Source: Lama guanicoe
Lineage: Eukaryota
Length of the DNA: 64,000 bases
NCBI GenBank assembly: GCA_013239625.1
Contig: MU053482.1
Coordinates: 1,649,168-1,713,167, forward strand
Direction of reading: 5' to 3'
Shown in pieces: positions 1 to 13,046 of the stretch; positions within the stretch are counted from its first letter, which is position 1, and each line of letters begins with the position of its first letter. The notes under the pieces were generated by a model, which saw only the letters and a list, made by a program, of their open reading frames with translations, ran no database searches and was not told the DNA's origin. The position numbers were made by a program, and so were the translations under genes.

Positions 1-784
1 GTCTTTGGGCTGCTTATCTGTTCTTATTTGGGTCTCAGGATTTGGAGGTGGAGGTCTGGGGGTCCAGTACACCTGCTATTGGCTCTTATAGCTAGAGAAC
101 TCTTATCTTGTGCCAACAGCCTGGTTCCTTGGGGAGGTAGAATCTATGTTTATTATTACCACCTCCAGGGTCTTCCTCAAAGCAGACTGCCAGGGCCTGG
201 AAGCCAGTGCCCAATGTCAATCTCAGGAGGTCTCTGTGACTGCCGGCTCTGAGCAAGCCCGGGTTGGAGTGGACAGTGCTGCTGGAGAAGGACTTCTCTT
301 ATTGTGGGAGTCCCTTCTGAGGTCCTGTTGCCCTTCCATCAGTGCTTTGGAGGAAAGACATCCTTGGAGGCTTGTCTTACAACGTTTGGGTCAGGAGCAG
401 TGGCTTCTGGTTCTTCAGTGTCTATGAGAGGCCAGATAAGCTTCACATGTTCTCCAGATAGGGCTCACCCATCACGCCTACCCAGACAATGAAATAAGGC
501 TTCACAGAGTCACAAGTTGATTCTGGAGTCCCAATCCACCACTCATGAGGTCGTCATGAGAATGCTGAGCATCTCACCATTAAGATGTGGTTCAGAAGCA
601 GTAGTTCTGTTTGGGAGGCAGTCCATGCCTGTCAATCTGTAAATCCCAAAGGGAGTAACAGTGTCTGCTTGTTATATACAGCATTCTGCTGAGCACCTGG
701 TCCTTGGTAAATACTGGTTAATGATGCTTTGGGGCAGCTCTGAGGGCCAGTTGGGAAACTTCAGTGGTTAGAGATGATTGTATT

Positions 785-1115
785 GCACTGGGTGGCAAAT
801 TTCAAAGTTATAGGGGGGACCAGCAAATTATATAAGTGAGAGAAGCCTGCTGGCTGGGGCCTGAGACAGACAGAACACATGCTCCCTGTAAGGAGAGCAT
901 CCACTTCTCTGCTCTGTGCCTGCCATGCTGAAAGCAGACCCAAAGTTGCCAGATTTTCTTAGTTTTTAAGGCAGAACACAAAGCCCAGACTATTAAATCT
1001 CCCTATTTTTGTGTTGTCGGCTTAGTTAATTAAAAAGAAAAAAAAACTGTGCCAGACAAATAAAAACACATTTGTGAGCTGTACGCAACAGGTGTGCTGC
1101 CAGTTGCAAGCCCTG
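785..1115. mobile_element. hAT-Charlie (MER102-like) remnant
   Basis: GTTGCCAGATTTT..TAAATCTCCC..AAAACACATTTGTGAGCTG..GCCAGTTGCAAGCCCTG resembles a recalled consensus. Confidence 0.45.
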
Positions 1116-1779
1116 TGACCCACAGGGTTAACAGGCAAGTCTAGTCTCACGGGAGTTGACCCTGATCTTGGATTAGTGGAGCTCAGACCCTATCGCCCTG
1201 CACCCCACCTCCAGAGAACCTTGGCACTTCCACCGGGACCCTGGCTGCGTGTTAGCGCAGCCTCCCCACCCCAGCGGCACTGAAAGGTCCTTCTTAGGCT
1301 TCGACGACCTCTGCAAGAAGATTATACGTGTAAATCCCAGGCGCAGAACCCAGGATGGGGGAAGGGAAGGGAAAGAGGGGCGGAGCAGACTGAAGACTCA
1401 CTACTTCAGTTCTCCCTACCGTAGCCCGCCCCACCCAGCAGGCCCTTCTCCAAGGCTCTCTTCCCTGGGCCACCCTCAGACAGTTGTAGATGAAGTTGAG
1501 CCAACACAGCTGGATTTTTTGCCAAAGGTTTTTTAGTAGTAAAAGGGAAAGCACAAAAGGAAATAAACAGAGAAGGCATGGAAGCGGGCGTTTTTACAGA
1601 GCTTGGTCCTTGAAACCCAAGGGGGCCATAATATGCGAAGGGAATCTGGTGGGGGAAGAGGGAGGGAAAAGTGGATTTTCACTCGGGTAAGGAGGCGGCT
1701 GAGTCTCGACAGTTTTAGGAGAGGGGGCACTTCATTGGTTAAAGGATTTCCCTGCTGGGGGGAAGGTGGCGGGTAGATG

Positions 1780-3140
1780 GCGGGAATCTTCGAAACTCGA
1801 GGATGGATAGGTATTCCCATTCCTGAGAAGGGGGGCGCTTGACCGTGGCAGGTTGGAGGGGGTGACTGGATGAAGATCTCTCGCAGGAAAGGAGCGCGGT
1901 GTCTCTGTCCAGCGGGTCTGAGTTCTAGGCGCTTATCCCAGACTCCTACGCGAGCAGAAGGGAAAGCCCCTAAGTAGTCCCTGTCCCGGGAAGATTTGAA
2001 AACAGCGGTGCCCTCGTGACTCCGGAAAAGATGGAACGGTTACCTTGGCGACGTGGAGCACACATCGGAAATAAATAAATAAGCAGTCCAGGCTGCAGCA
2101 GCCGCGCCCCCGCGGGACTCGAGCGCGAGGGAGGGGGCCCCCAGGGGCTCGGGTCCCCGCAGACCGTGCGTCCCCGCCATTGGCAGAGCCAGAGGGGGGG
2201 TTACCCCCCCGGGGGGGACGAATGGTACAGTCCTCCGCCCGCGCCCTGGCCGGGCCCGCAGCAAGCGAGCACCGAGCCCCGCGCAGTTGCTGCCGCCGCC
2301 AGCGGAGCCCGGAGCAGAGTCGAGAGGCGGCGATGGAGGGTGTCAGCAGCCACCGGACTCTGTCCTACAGCCGGTGGAGCTACGACAGGTAGGGCGGACG
2401 CCTGGAGGATGGGCTCCACCAGGCCCCTCCGGGTGGCACTGTGTGGGCACCCTCCGACGCTCGTACTTCTCTAGGAGAAGTGGGTCCTCGAGGGGTGAGT
2501 GCGGGCCTCAGCGCCCAGAACCCCCCAGGGTCTCTCGAGCATCCGGGACGTCGGTACCGAGAGCCTCAGATATCCGAAACTGGAGCTAAGAGAGGGTGTT
2601 CTCTCATCCGCAGGGCAGAGCTGTCGGAGGAGGGCACTGGGCACTGAGACCTGGGAGGTGCCCACCCACCTCCCACCCTTCCCCCACCCACCCCCCACTA
2701 CCTAGAGGGTGTCGATCCGCGCTGGAACAGCGCGGAAGAGAGTGGAGGGAGTGCGGAGCGGTGCGGGCCCGTGGAGGGTGGGGCGAGGAGGGGCGCTCCT
2801 CGAGTCCAGGCCGTGCCCCCACTTTGGCACCGCCACCGCCACCTGGATTTGCGTCCAGGTCCCGCTGGACCCTCGGCAGGGACGAGAGCTAGCCCAGGGC
2901 GGAGTGCGCAGGGTCACTGCCTGGAACCTGCGAGTCACTGCCTGCTGGACGGAGCGGGACGGCAGCCCGAGGCCGGCTGTCGGGGCGTCAGGAGAGGCGC
3001 CGGCGCCCTCTGGGTTGCCAGGCTCCGCGCCCGCCCCGCGGGGATGCGAAGCGGCTGCCGGCGTGGGCGTTTTGGAGCCGCGCTCCCCACGCACTGGTCT
3101 TGCAGGAAGGGATCTTACATCCTTCCTGGCGAAATGAGAA
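1780..3140. promoter_or_regulatory. CpG island / distal TUB promoter
   Basis: Visibly GC- and CpG-dense. Reverse CCAAT (ATTGG) at 2179-2183, AT-rich ATAAATAAATAA at 2071-2082. Surrounds exon 2333-2388. Boundaries approximate. Confidence 0.85.
2333..2388 (+). CDS. TUB: TUB distal alternative first coding exon (MEGVSSHRTLSYSRWSYD + AG, phase 2)
   Basis: Strong Kozak gcgATGg at 2333, 18 codons plus 2 nt, donor AG|GTAGGG at 2388/2389. Peptide recalled as an alternative TUB N-terminus preceding SVLDDE. Confidence 0.85.
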
Positions 3141-4159
3141 AAAAAACAAGGACAACTGAATGAGCTGGTCATAAGGCAGGGTAGATTTATTCCGAGATTT
3201 TGTCCTTCCTACTTTTTATTTTGGTGTGTTAAATGTCACCCCCCTTTTAAAATGAAATCATGATGATAGTAAATAGTAGATTTCTGTTCTTGCTGATATT
3301 ATTGTTGTTTTTAAAGTTCGTAATCCCACGTCAATCTCTAGAATTCTGAAGTTAAATTTTCTGATCCACGGCCCTTAAATGGCGAGGGCTGGAAGAGAAA
3401 CTTCATTAGAGGGGCTGCTTTCTCCTCCCCAAAGTCTTGCTTCCTGCCGCTCTTTCCCCTGCTTAAAACTGTCTTGCATCTCTGACAGCCCTGGTTTTCA
3501 GATACAGAGGAACAGGTGCAGGTTAATTCCCCTAGGAGCCCCCCTTACCCTCCCTCACTAGGTCTCCCTCCCAATTGACTCCATCTCCTCCATCTTCACC
3601 TTCCCCTCTCTACTGGCCATCTCTCCTCAGCCTGGAAACCTCTTCAAATCTGTCTTGTCTCCCTCCTCAAGGTGGATGAAACTGAGTCATCTCTTTTTTC
3701 GCTTTCATTGCCTTCTTTAAGGAAAAAAATATCAATTTGATTCTGTTTCCTCATCAACCCTTCATTGCACCATCCTAACAATCAGCTTGCTGTCAGCTGT
3801 TCACAATTACAGTGAACTTGCTCTTTTGAAAAGCAATGCTCCCTATGGAGAGGAACTTTAAAATGATTGGAATATTAACCATAAAATAACAAAAACTTAA
3901 AGCTTGTATTCAGATCCCAAATCACATTCATTCAACAAACATGTGTTGAGTACAAACTGTGTGCTGGGCCCTGGAGGTTAGGAGATAAAACTACATTCAT
4001 TCTTTCCCCCATATGAACTCATAGTCTAGATTCTAGTCGAAATACGTTGTATTGTAGACCACAGGTCTAATGCATATATGGGAGGAAATTTTTAATTGAG
4101 ATAATTCTATATACTTACTAAAAATTTTTTTCCCCTTCAAAAACAAACAAACAAAAGCA

Positions 4160-4345
4160 AGACTCTGGAATTAGCCTGGATTCAAATCCTGACTCCACCT
4201 ACCTAACCCTGAACAGATTATTTTTCCTCTGCAGACTTAAGTTTCTTCATCTGTAAAATGGGGACGTATCATGAGTATTAGATGGGGTAATAAATATAAA
4301 GGGCTTAGAATTCTGCCTGGGACATACTAATAGGTGGTACCTATT
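4160..4345 (+). mobile_element. MIR SINE (one of many in the window)
   Basis: GGATTCAAATCCTGACTCCACC..GTTTCTTCATCTGTAAAATGGGG core. Confidence 0.7.
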
Positions 4346-4986
4346 GCTGTTTTATTAATAAATACTGTAAATGTCTCTTGGGAACCCTAGTTTTCCACAG
4401 AAGCTCAGTGTGAAAATCACTGTTCTCCTTTTTAGACCCCAAAATAAAGACATTTCCTGGGATTCTGTCCTCAGCATCTGGGGAAAGCTGTGTGAAGAAA
4501 ACACTTTCTCTGGCCCTGGTCCAGACCAACTGAATCTGAATGTCCAGGAATGAATGGGCCCTTGGAATCCGTATTTGTGTGCGATTTCCCACATGATTCT
4601 GATATAGCCGGAACCATTGATCTATACCACCCACCTCCATTTTCTAGTTACTATTTCATTTTTAAAACTTAAGTATTGAATTATTAAAAATAATTACATA
4701 ATCTTCAATAAACCTGTTAAAAAGATTACACAAGCAACACATGGATGTAGTACACAGATATTCAAAATGAAATTCAGTGATTCTGCAGCCCCCACCCCCA
4801 ACCCCCTGAAGTAAACCACTGCTAACATTTAACCCTCCCTTTCCAACCCTGTTCTCTGGCTTCTGCCTCCACCACATCTTCAAACCTGGGCAAGCACTCC
4901 CTGTCACATTCCATCCAAGGTGATCTCTCTGCAATGTGTAACCTGTTCATTTAAGCTGTTTTTCCCTTTGCTTCTGAAGCCATCTA

Positions 4987-5450
4987 TGTACTGATTATCT
5001 GTTGCTATATAATGAATCACTCTTAAATTTAATGGCTTAAAATAACAACTGTTTTGAGTTAACTCGAGATTTTGTGGGTCAACAGTTTGGGCTGGGCTCA
5101 GCTGGGCAGTTTTCATGGTCTGGGCCAAACTCAGTTTTTCTTGGGCTTCACTGACTCCCCTAGCTGGTGTCCCAGCTGTGAAGGCTGCACATCGCACCCT
5201 CTCTCTGCTGGCCCTCTATTTTCCAGCAGGCTCACTCAGGTTTGTTCACATGCTGGTGGAAGGGCTCCTAGTGAGAGAGCACAAGCTGGAAGGTCTCTTA
5301 GGTTTGGAACTTGTACAGCATCACTTTGCCTTGCTGATTGGCCCAAGGAAGTCAAAACATCAGCTCACATTCGAAGGATAGAGAAACAAACTTCATCTCT
5401 TGAAAGGAGGAGCTGCAAACAATTCATGGCCATTTTTATGGTCTACTATG
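4987..5450. mobile_element. MaLR (MLT1-like) LTR remnant
   Basis: Starts TGTACTGATTATCTGTTGCTATATAA..AATGGCTTAAAATAACAAC and contains GGGCTGGGCTCAGCTGGGCAGTT, typical MLT1 phrases. Confidence 0.6.
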
Positions 5451-7145
5451 ATATGCTGCTTACATTTTTAAAATTGCTGATTCTTCTTGGTGTCAACTGT
5501 CTAAATGTGACCAAAGCACTCTCCTCTTTTCCATACTGTTTCATTCTGTTCTCAGTTGTCAACTCAATGCTTTTAACATAGACATCCATATCTTCAACCC
5601 CAGTCTTTTTCTTGAGCCTTAACCCTACGTCTCTATATGCCTGTGGACCTCTCCACCTAGGTATTCCACCAACACAGCTGACTCCACATGTTCAACATCA
5701 CACCCTTCACTGATAACTCTAGATTCTCAGTTTAACATCCTGACAGTCAGATGACCACCTCAAGACTTTGACATTGACCTTGAACTTTCCAAGTCTAGTC
5801 ATTTCATCTGTCTATTCTTATCTATATAGTGCTACTTATTATAAAGATAAAATGAATCAGTGTATGCAAAATAACTGGCCCAGTGTCCTAGTGATCTCAA
5901 CAAGTTTGTTGGCACTTGGTAACCATCTTGTTTGGTTTAAGTCCAAGCTCCAGTCATCATCCCCAGAGGTTTCAGTGCCCACGTCAATGACCAAGCTAGC
6001 ACTCCTTACAGTTTCCCAGCCTTCCCATTCTAGAGACTTACTTCTCTTCCGTTATTTACAGGATGCATCCCTAGATGTTGATACTTGGGATTGCTTCACT
6101 TCTGATATCATACACATGAACATCCCAGTCTCTGGCCTCTGGCATCCCCCTCGTACATCACTGCCACCACTCTGTAGGGTCATCCAGTGCCTTCATCTCT
6201 GCATTTTCTCCCAGGCTTTCAGCCTTTACTTGATCTCTCTTCTTCACTTCCCAGCCTGCACCACATGCTCACTACTGTCACTTTGTATTCCCTCACATAT
6301 CCTTGCTGCAACCCCAGCCCTGCATGGATCAGTGTTAGGATCTCCACCCCCATTTCTTATTGTGGTACCAGAACATTATCAGAAAAAACTATACCGCTAT
6401 GCAGGTGGTCCCCACCTTCATAGTCTTCATCTTCAGCTGAACCATCCACCTCCATCATCTCTCAATCTTTTTACTTCTCCTGCCTTACCTTGCCTCCAAT
6501 TCCCCACAACAGTTTCCCCAAAATTTCATCATACTCTTCCTTGACCCTTACTCCACACCCCCATACTCTGAGCAGATAATCTACTGCACTTCAGTCACTC
6601 CCTTGTGGGGACCTTTTCGTTGTTTGCAAATCTTTGCCATTAGAAACAATTCCAAGAGAAACATCCTTGTATAACATAACATTTTTTCCCATGTCTGATT
6701 ATTTGATTAAAGGGGGTTGTTAATTTCAGATTTTGGTATTGTTGCCAGATGGTCTTCAGAAGGAGTGAATTGGTTTATACTCCCACAGTCAGTCCCTTGA
6801 ACTGCACAGTGGTACGATGTTGGTTTGTGAGTTTGATCTCCCTGACTCAGACCATGGAGCATGGTTGCTCAGAATTTGGATATTGGAATCAAAGTGACCT
6901 GACTTCAAAGCGCAGCTCTCTCAATTATTGGTTATGTGGCTTTAGACCAGTGACTTAACTTCATCTACAAAAAAGATAATAGTAATTGTACCTGCCTCTT
7001 GAGGTGGTCTGTTCATTTAATGTGTATTTTTTGAGCCCCTCCTAAATGCCAGGCACCATTTTAGGCACTGGAGACAGAGCAGCGAACAAAACAAAGTGCC
7101 TGGTCCCAAAGTTCTTACTGCCAGCCGGAGTCGGGGTGGGGTTGA

Positions 7146-7148
<3 letters not shown>

Positions 7149-7180
<32 letters not shown>
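7149..7180. repeat. (TG)n microsatellite
   Basis: Uninterrupted TG run. Confidence 0.95.
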
Positions 7181-7183
<3 letters not shown>

Positions 7184-7479
7184 ATTTCAGTGCTAAGTGA
7201 TATATGCTATGGTAGGTGTAAAGAAGAAAAATAAAAGAATAAGGATAGGGTGTGACTACGTGTGTAGGGGCATTGGTAAACATGCTATACTGTGTAGTGT
7301 GATCAGGGAGACCCTTTTGATAAGGTGGTATTTCAACAGAGACCTGAAAAAAGCCAGAGAACGAATCATGTTGCTAATGGGGAAGAATGTTCCATGGAAG
7401 GGGAACAGCAAGTGAAAAGGTCCCGAGGTAGGAGTGTGCCTAGTGGATATTTGGGAATAGCGAGGAAGCCAGTGTGTCC

Positions 7480-10400
7480 TTGTGCCTAATCTTTAGAATA
7501 CTTCCTTCATACTCCGCCAAACCCCTACTCCCTCCATCCTCAGAGAACCGCTGGTCTGATTCCTTTGCATTTCCTAGAATTTTATATAATGGGAATCATT
7601 CGGTGTATACTCTTTTTGGTCTGGCTTCTTTCGTGTAGCATAGTTATTTTGATATTCTTCCGTGTCATGTGAATCTGTAGTTCATTTCTTTTTATTGCTG
7701 AGTAGTATTCCATTATATGGAAATACCATAGTTAATCTACCTGATGGTAGACACGTGGGTGGTTTCCACTTTTTGGCTATTAGGACTAAAGCTATGTGAC
7801 TATTCATATGTAAGTCTTTGTATGGACATGTGTTTTTATTTCTCTTGGGTAAACACCTAGGAGCAGACTGTCTGGATCATATGGTGGGTATACATTTAAC
7901 TTCTTAAGAAACTGCACAACTTTTCCAAAGTGGTTGTACCATTTATACTTTCAGGAGCAGCATATGAGTCCAGTTTCTCCACATCCTTTGGCAAACTTGG
8001 TAGGGTCAGTCTTTAATTTTAACCATTCTAATAGGTAAGTAGTAGTATGTCATTGTGATTTTAATTTGCATTTTTAATGACTGATGACTCTAAGCATCTT
8101 TTCATGTGTTTATTTGCCAGCCATGTATCTTCTTTGGGGAAGTGTCTGTTAAAATCTCTTCCCCATTTTCAAAATGGGTTGTTTACTTATTATTGGGTTC
8201 TGAGAGTTCTTTGCATGTTTGGGTGCATGTCTTTTTTTTTTTTTTTTTTTGTGTTTTGATAGATACATATACACCAATGAAACCACCACTGCAATCAAGA
8301 CAGCTGACATTTCCATCGCTCCCCAAGAGGTGCAATTTGGGTGCATGTCCTTTATCAGATATGTGACTTGCAAATATTTTCTCCAAGTCTGTGGTTTTTT
8401 TTTTCATTCTCTTAAGTATTTAAAGAGCAGAGGTTTTACTTTTGAGGCAGTTCAGTTTATCAATTTGTTTTTCATGGATTGTGCTTCTGGTATCATAGCT
8501 GAGAAATCACTGCCTAACACAAAGTGCCACAGGTTTCCTCCTAGGAATTTTCTAGTTCCTTAGGTTTACCATTTTAGCTGTGCTCCATTTTGAGTTAACT
8601 TTTGTATGTGGTATGAAGTTCAGTTTTTAAAATGAGTATCCAGTTGTTTCAGCACCATTTGTTGGAAGGACTTTACTTCCTTTGCACCTTTATCTCTGTC
8701 CTCATGTTCATTTCCGTGCTCTCTATTCTGTCCCACTGATCTATTTGTCTTTCTTGGTGCCAATACCACGCTGTCTTGATTACCATAGCTTTATAGTAAG
8801 TCTTGAAGTCAGGTAGTTTAGGAACTTCAACTTTGCTCACCTTTTTATATTTTCTTTTTCAAACCAGAATACTTATTTACTACTCCACAGTTGTGAAGAT
8901 CCCTTTCTGTTTATTACGGGATTTGTGGCCCTGCCTGGGGCCCATCCCTAACCCAGAATCAAGCTACTCGGCAAGTAAAATTGGAAGGTTTCTCCGTGAG
9001 TGTGGAGTCAAAACAAGATGAAACGGGCGATTTGGAGAGGCCCTTTCACCTAAGCCCTGGAGAAACCAGAGTGTTCTTCTTTTTCAAAGTTTTGGCTATT
9101 TTGGGTCTTTTTAAAAAAATACTTTATTTGTTTATTTTATTGAAGTATAGTCAGTTAGAATGTGTCGATTTTTGATGTACAGCATAATGTCCCAGTCATG
9201 CATATATATATATATACACACATATATTTGTTTTCATATTCTTTTTCATTACAGGTACTACAAGATATTGAATATGGTTCCCTGTGCTATAAGAAGAAAT
9301 TTGTTTATCTATTTTTATATATAATGGTTAACATTTGCAAATATTCTGGGTCTTTTAAATTTTACATTAATTTTACAATGAGATTTTCAAGTTCTACAAA
9401 AACAAAACTAAACAAAACAAAAAGGCTACTGGGAGTTTGATTAGGATTGTGTTGAATTTATAGCTCAATTTGGGGAGAGTCGACTCTTCAGTAATATTGG
9501 GCCTCTTGACCTACGAACGTAATACGTATCTTTCTGTTTGTTTAGATTATCTTTAATTTCTCACAGGTGTATTCTGTAGTTTTCAGAGTACAAGTCTTTA
9601 ACCTCTTTTAGAAGATTTATCCCTAAGTATTGAATATATTTCAATAAATTGTAAACGTATTTAAAAAATTCATTCTAAACTTCATTCTTAGTATATAGCA
9701 ATACAGTTATTGTGTGTGTGATAAAATATACTTAACATAAAATTAGCCACTTCAGTGATTTCTAAATGTGCAATTCAGTGGCATCAATTAGTCACAATTT
9801 TGTGTAACCATCACTACGATAGATTTTCAAAACCTTCATCACCCCTAAACAAAAGCTTTGTGCTCAGTCACAAATAACTCCTCTTCATGTATGACTGAAA
9901 AATTGAGCTGTACACCAGAAATGGACACCACATTGTAAACTGACTATAACTCAATAAAAAAACCCCAAATAATTCCTCATTCCCTCTCCCCCAGCACCCG
10001 CTGTCCTCTAATCTACTTTCTGTCTCTATGAATTTGCCTATTCTAGATTTTGCATATAAGTGGAATCATACAAGATTTTTCCTTTTATCTCTGGCTTTCA
10101 CTTAGGATAATGTTTTTGAGGTTCATCCATGTTGTAGCATGTATGAGACCTTCATTCTTCTTTTGACTGAATGATACTCCATGGTATGCATATACCACAT
10201 TTTGTTCATCCTTTCATCTGTTGATGGACACTTGGGCTGTTCCCACCTTTCGGCTACTGTGAAAATGCTGCTGTGAACGCTAGTGTGCAAGTATTTGCCC
10301 AGTCCCTGTTTTCAGTTCTTTTGGGTATATACCTCCAAGTGGAATTGCTGGATCATATGGTAATTCTATGTTTAGCTTTGCGAAGAAACACCAAACTGTT

Positions 10401-12210
10401 TCTCACAGTGACTGCACCATTTTACATTCCCATCAGCAACATATGAGGATCCCTATTTCTCCACATCCTCTCCAACACCAGTTATTTTCTAATTTTTTAA
10501 AATACTGTTACTATTGTAGCCATCCTAGGATGAGTGAAATTGTTTCTTATTGTGGTTTTGATTTGTACTTTCCTCATGACTAATGATGTTGAGCATCTTT
10601 TCACGTGTTTGTTGGTCATTTGTATCTCTTCTTTGGAGAAATGTCTATTCAAGTCCTTTGCCCGTGTTTTTTGTTTGTTTTTCTAATACTTCTCATTGAA
10701 GTGTAACCTCCATAGGAAAAACGCCCAAGTCCTAAGGGAAGAGTTTGGTGATTTTTCACAAAGTGAATACACTCTTATAATCAGAAGCCCCTTTTGTCAC
10801 TACTGGCACAAGGGTTACCACCATCCTGACTTCCACTGGGCTGGCTTCTAATAGCGAAGATTAGTTTTGCTGATTTTTAACTTGACTTAAGAGTACCGGG
10901 TCTATTCCTTTGTGTCATCCTTCTTCTGTTCGACAGCAGATTCCTCTGTGTTTTTGCATGAAGTTACAGCTTGTTCATTCTCATAGCTTTGTAGTGTTCT
11001 ACTGTGTGAATTTACAGCAGGATTTGTAGTGTTCTGCTATGATTCATCCATTCCACTGTGATGGCCACTTTGAATGTTTCCAGGTTTTGGCAATTGCTGA
11101 TAGCATACATTTTAATCAATATATTTTGGTTGATTTTCTTTGCTTGTTTGATTTTTGCAGCTTTGTTGGGGAATAATTGGTGCATAGGAATTACCTATAT
11201 TTAAGGTGTACAACTTGATGTTTTGATATACATGTATATTGGAAAATGAGGACCGCAATCAAGCTAATTGACATATCCATCACTTCACATAGTTACCACT
11301 TTCTTTTCGTGGTGAAAACACTTAAGGTGTATCCTCTTAGCACATTTCAAGCATGCAGAACAGTGTCCATAACTGTAGTCTCTGTGCTGCACGCTAAATC
11401 TTCAGTACATGTTCATCTTGCATAATTGAAACTTTGTACCCTTTGATCAACATCTCCCCATTTTCCTCATCCCTCCAGCCCCTGGAAACCACCATTCTAC
11501 TCTCTGCTTATATGACTTTGACTATTTTAAATTCCACATATAAGTGATACTATACAGTATTTATCTTTCTTTGTGGAATGGAATACTATTCATATATATA
11601 TAGTCTCACTTTTTCTTTATCCGTCAGCAGACATTTAGATTGTTTTCATATCTTGGCTATTGTAAATAATGCTGCCGTGAACATGGGAATGGAGATGTCC
11701 TTTCAAGATCTAGGTTTCATTTTTTTCTGGGTATACCTGGAAGTGGGATTACTAGATCCTATGGTAGTTCTATTTTTAATTTTTTTGAGGAATCTCCATA
11801 TTGTTTTTCACAATGGCTATATCAATTAATATTCCCACCAACAACATACAATGTTTTACTTTCTAGTTAATGTCCTTTAAAGCAGAGCAGTTTCTAATTT
11901 GGACATAGCTGAATTTATCTGGTTTTTTTTTCATTTATGCTTTTGGTGTCATATTTACAGCTCCACTGCCAAATCCAGGGTCATGAAGATTTACCACTGT
12001 TTCTTTCCAAGTGTTTTGTGGTTTTAGAGCTTACATTTGGGTCATTGATTTATTTTGAGTTACTTTTTGTATATGGTGTGAGATGGGGGTCCAACTTCAT
12101 TCTTTTGCATGTGGAGATCCAGTTGTCCCAGCACCATTTGTTTAAGAGACTTTTCATTTCCCATTGAATGGACTTAGTACTCTTGTGAAGAATCAATTGG
12201 CCATATCTCA
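7480..12210 (-). mobile_element. Stack of nested, degraded L1 elements (antisense to TUB)
   Basis: T-rich with repeated L1 3'/ORF2 motifs (e.g. CCCAGCACCATTTGTT, GTTGAGCATCTTTTCA). Minus-strand peptides such as [19 protein letters not shown] continue at about 13062-13190, after the TAF12 insert. Confidence 0.85.
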
Positions 12211-12229
12211 ATTTAAAAATGTTTTTAAA

Positions 12230-13046
12230 GAGACGAACGCTTCACTGGGGCAGTCTCCGCACATCATGGGGAGATAGACGCTGCTGCCTTTGATTGGCCT
12301 TGGTCCTCACAGCTCCAAAAAGAAACAGGATCTCGATAAGCTCTATGAGCTGAAGTCCAAAGCACGGCAGATTATGAACCAGTTTGGCCCCTCAGCCCTA
12401 ATCAACCTCTCCAATTTCTCATCGATAAAACCAGAACCAGCTAACACCCCTCCACAAGGCTCCATGGCCAATAGCACTACAGTGGTAAAGATCCCAGGCA
12501 CTCCTGGGACAGGAGGGCGTCTCAGCCCTGAAAATAATCAGGTATTGACCAAGAAGAAATTACAAGACTTAGTAAGAGAAATGGACCCTAATGAGCAATT
12601 GGATGAAGATGTAGAGGAGATGCTGCTGCAGATTGCTGATGATTTTATTGAGAGTGTGGTGACAGCAGCCTGCCAGCTTGCTCGGCATCACAAGTCCAGC
12701 ACCCTGGAGGTAAAGGATGTCCAGCTGCATCTAGAGCGCCAGTGGAACATGTGGATCCCAGGATTTGGCTCAGAAGAAATCTGACCCTACAAAAAAGCTT
12801 GCACCACAGAAGCTCACAAACAGAGAATGGCACTGATCCAGAAAACAACCAAGAAATAACACACAGAAAGGTCAGGGAATGGACAACAATGTATTTGGAG
12901 ATACTTGAGCTGAAACCTCAGCCATCTCATCCTTGGATTTTTTTTTTAATGCTTTACAGAGAAGCATATATTTTTTATTAACAGTACAGCAATATCTATA
13001 ATGACTGAGAGGATCTGCCAAAAGAATAAAGCCTCCTACCCTAAAA
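12230..13046 (+). pseudogene. TAF12: TAF12 processed pseudogene (retrocopy)
   Basis: Intronless MNQFGPSALINLSNFSS...LERQWNMWIPGFGSEEI from ATG 12374. Premature TGA at 12782-12784, then PYKKACTTEAHKQRMALIQKTTKK to the native TAA at 12857-12859. AATAAA at 13025-13030 and a short A-tail. TSD AAAAA(T/C)GTTTTTAAA at 12215-12229 and 13047-13061. Confidence 0.96.

Noticed and set aside
1900..1923. REST/RE1-like motif (also near 52715)
   Set aside because: Half-site spacing or sequence deviates from the consensus.
5768..6544. 258-aa + strand ORF, the longest in the window
   Set aside because: Starts at TTG, is low-complexity S/L/P/H-rich with no recognisable domain, and lies in C/T-rich sequence resembling an old L2 remnant.
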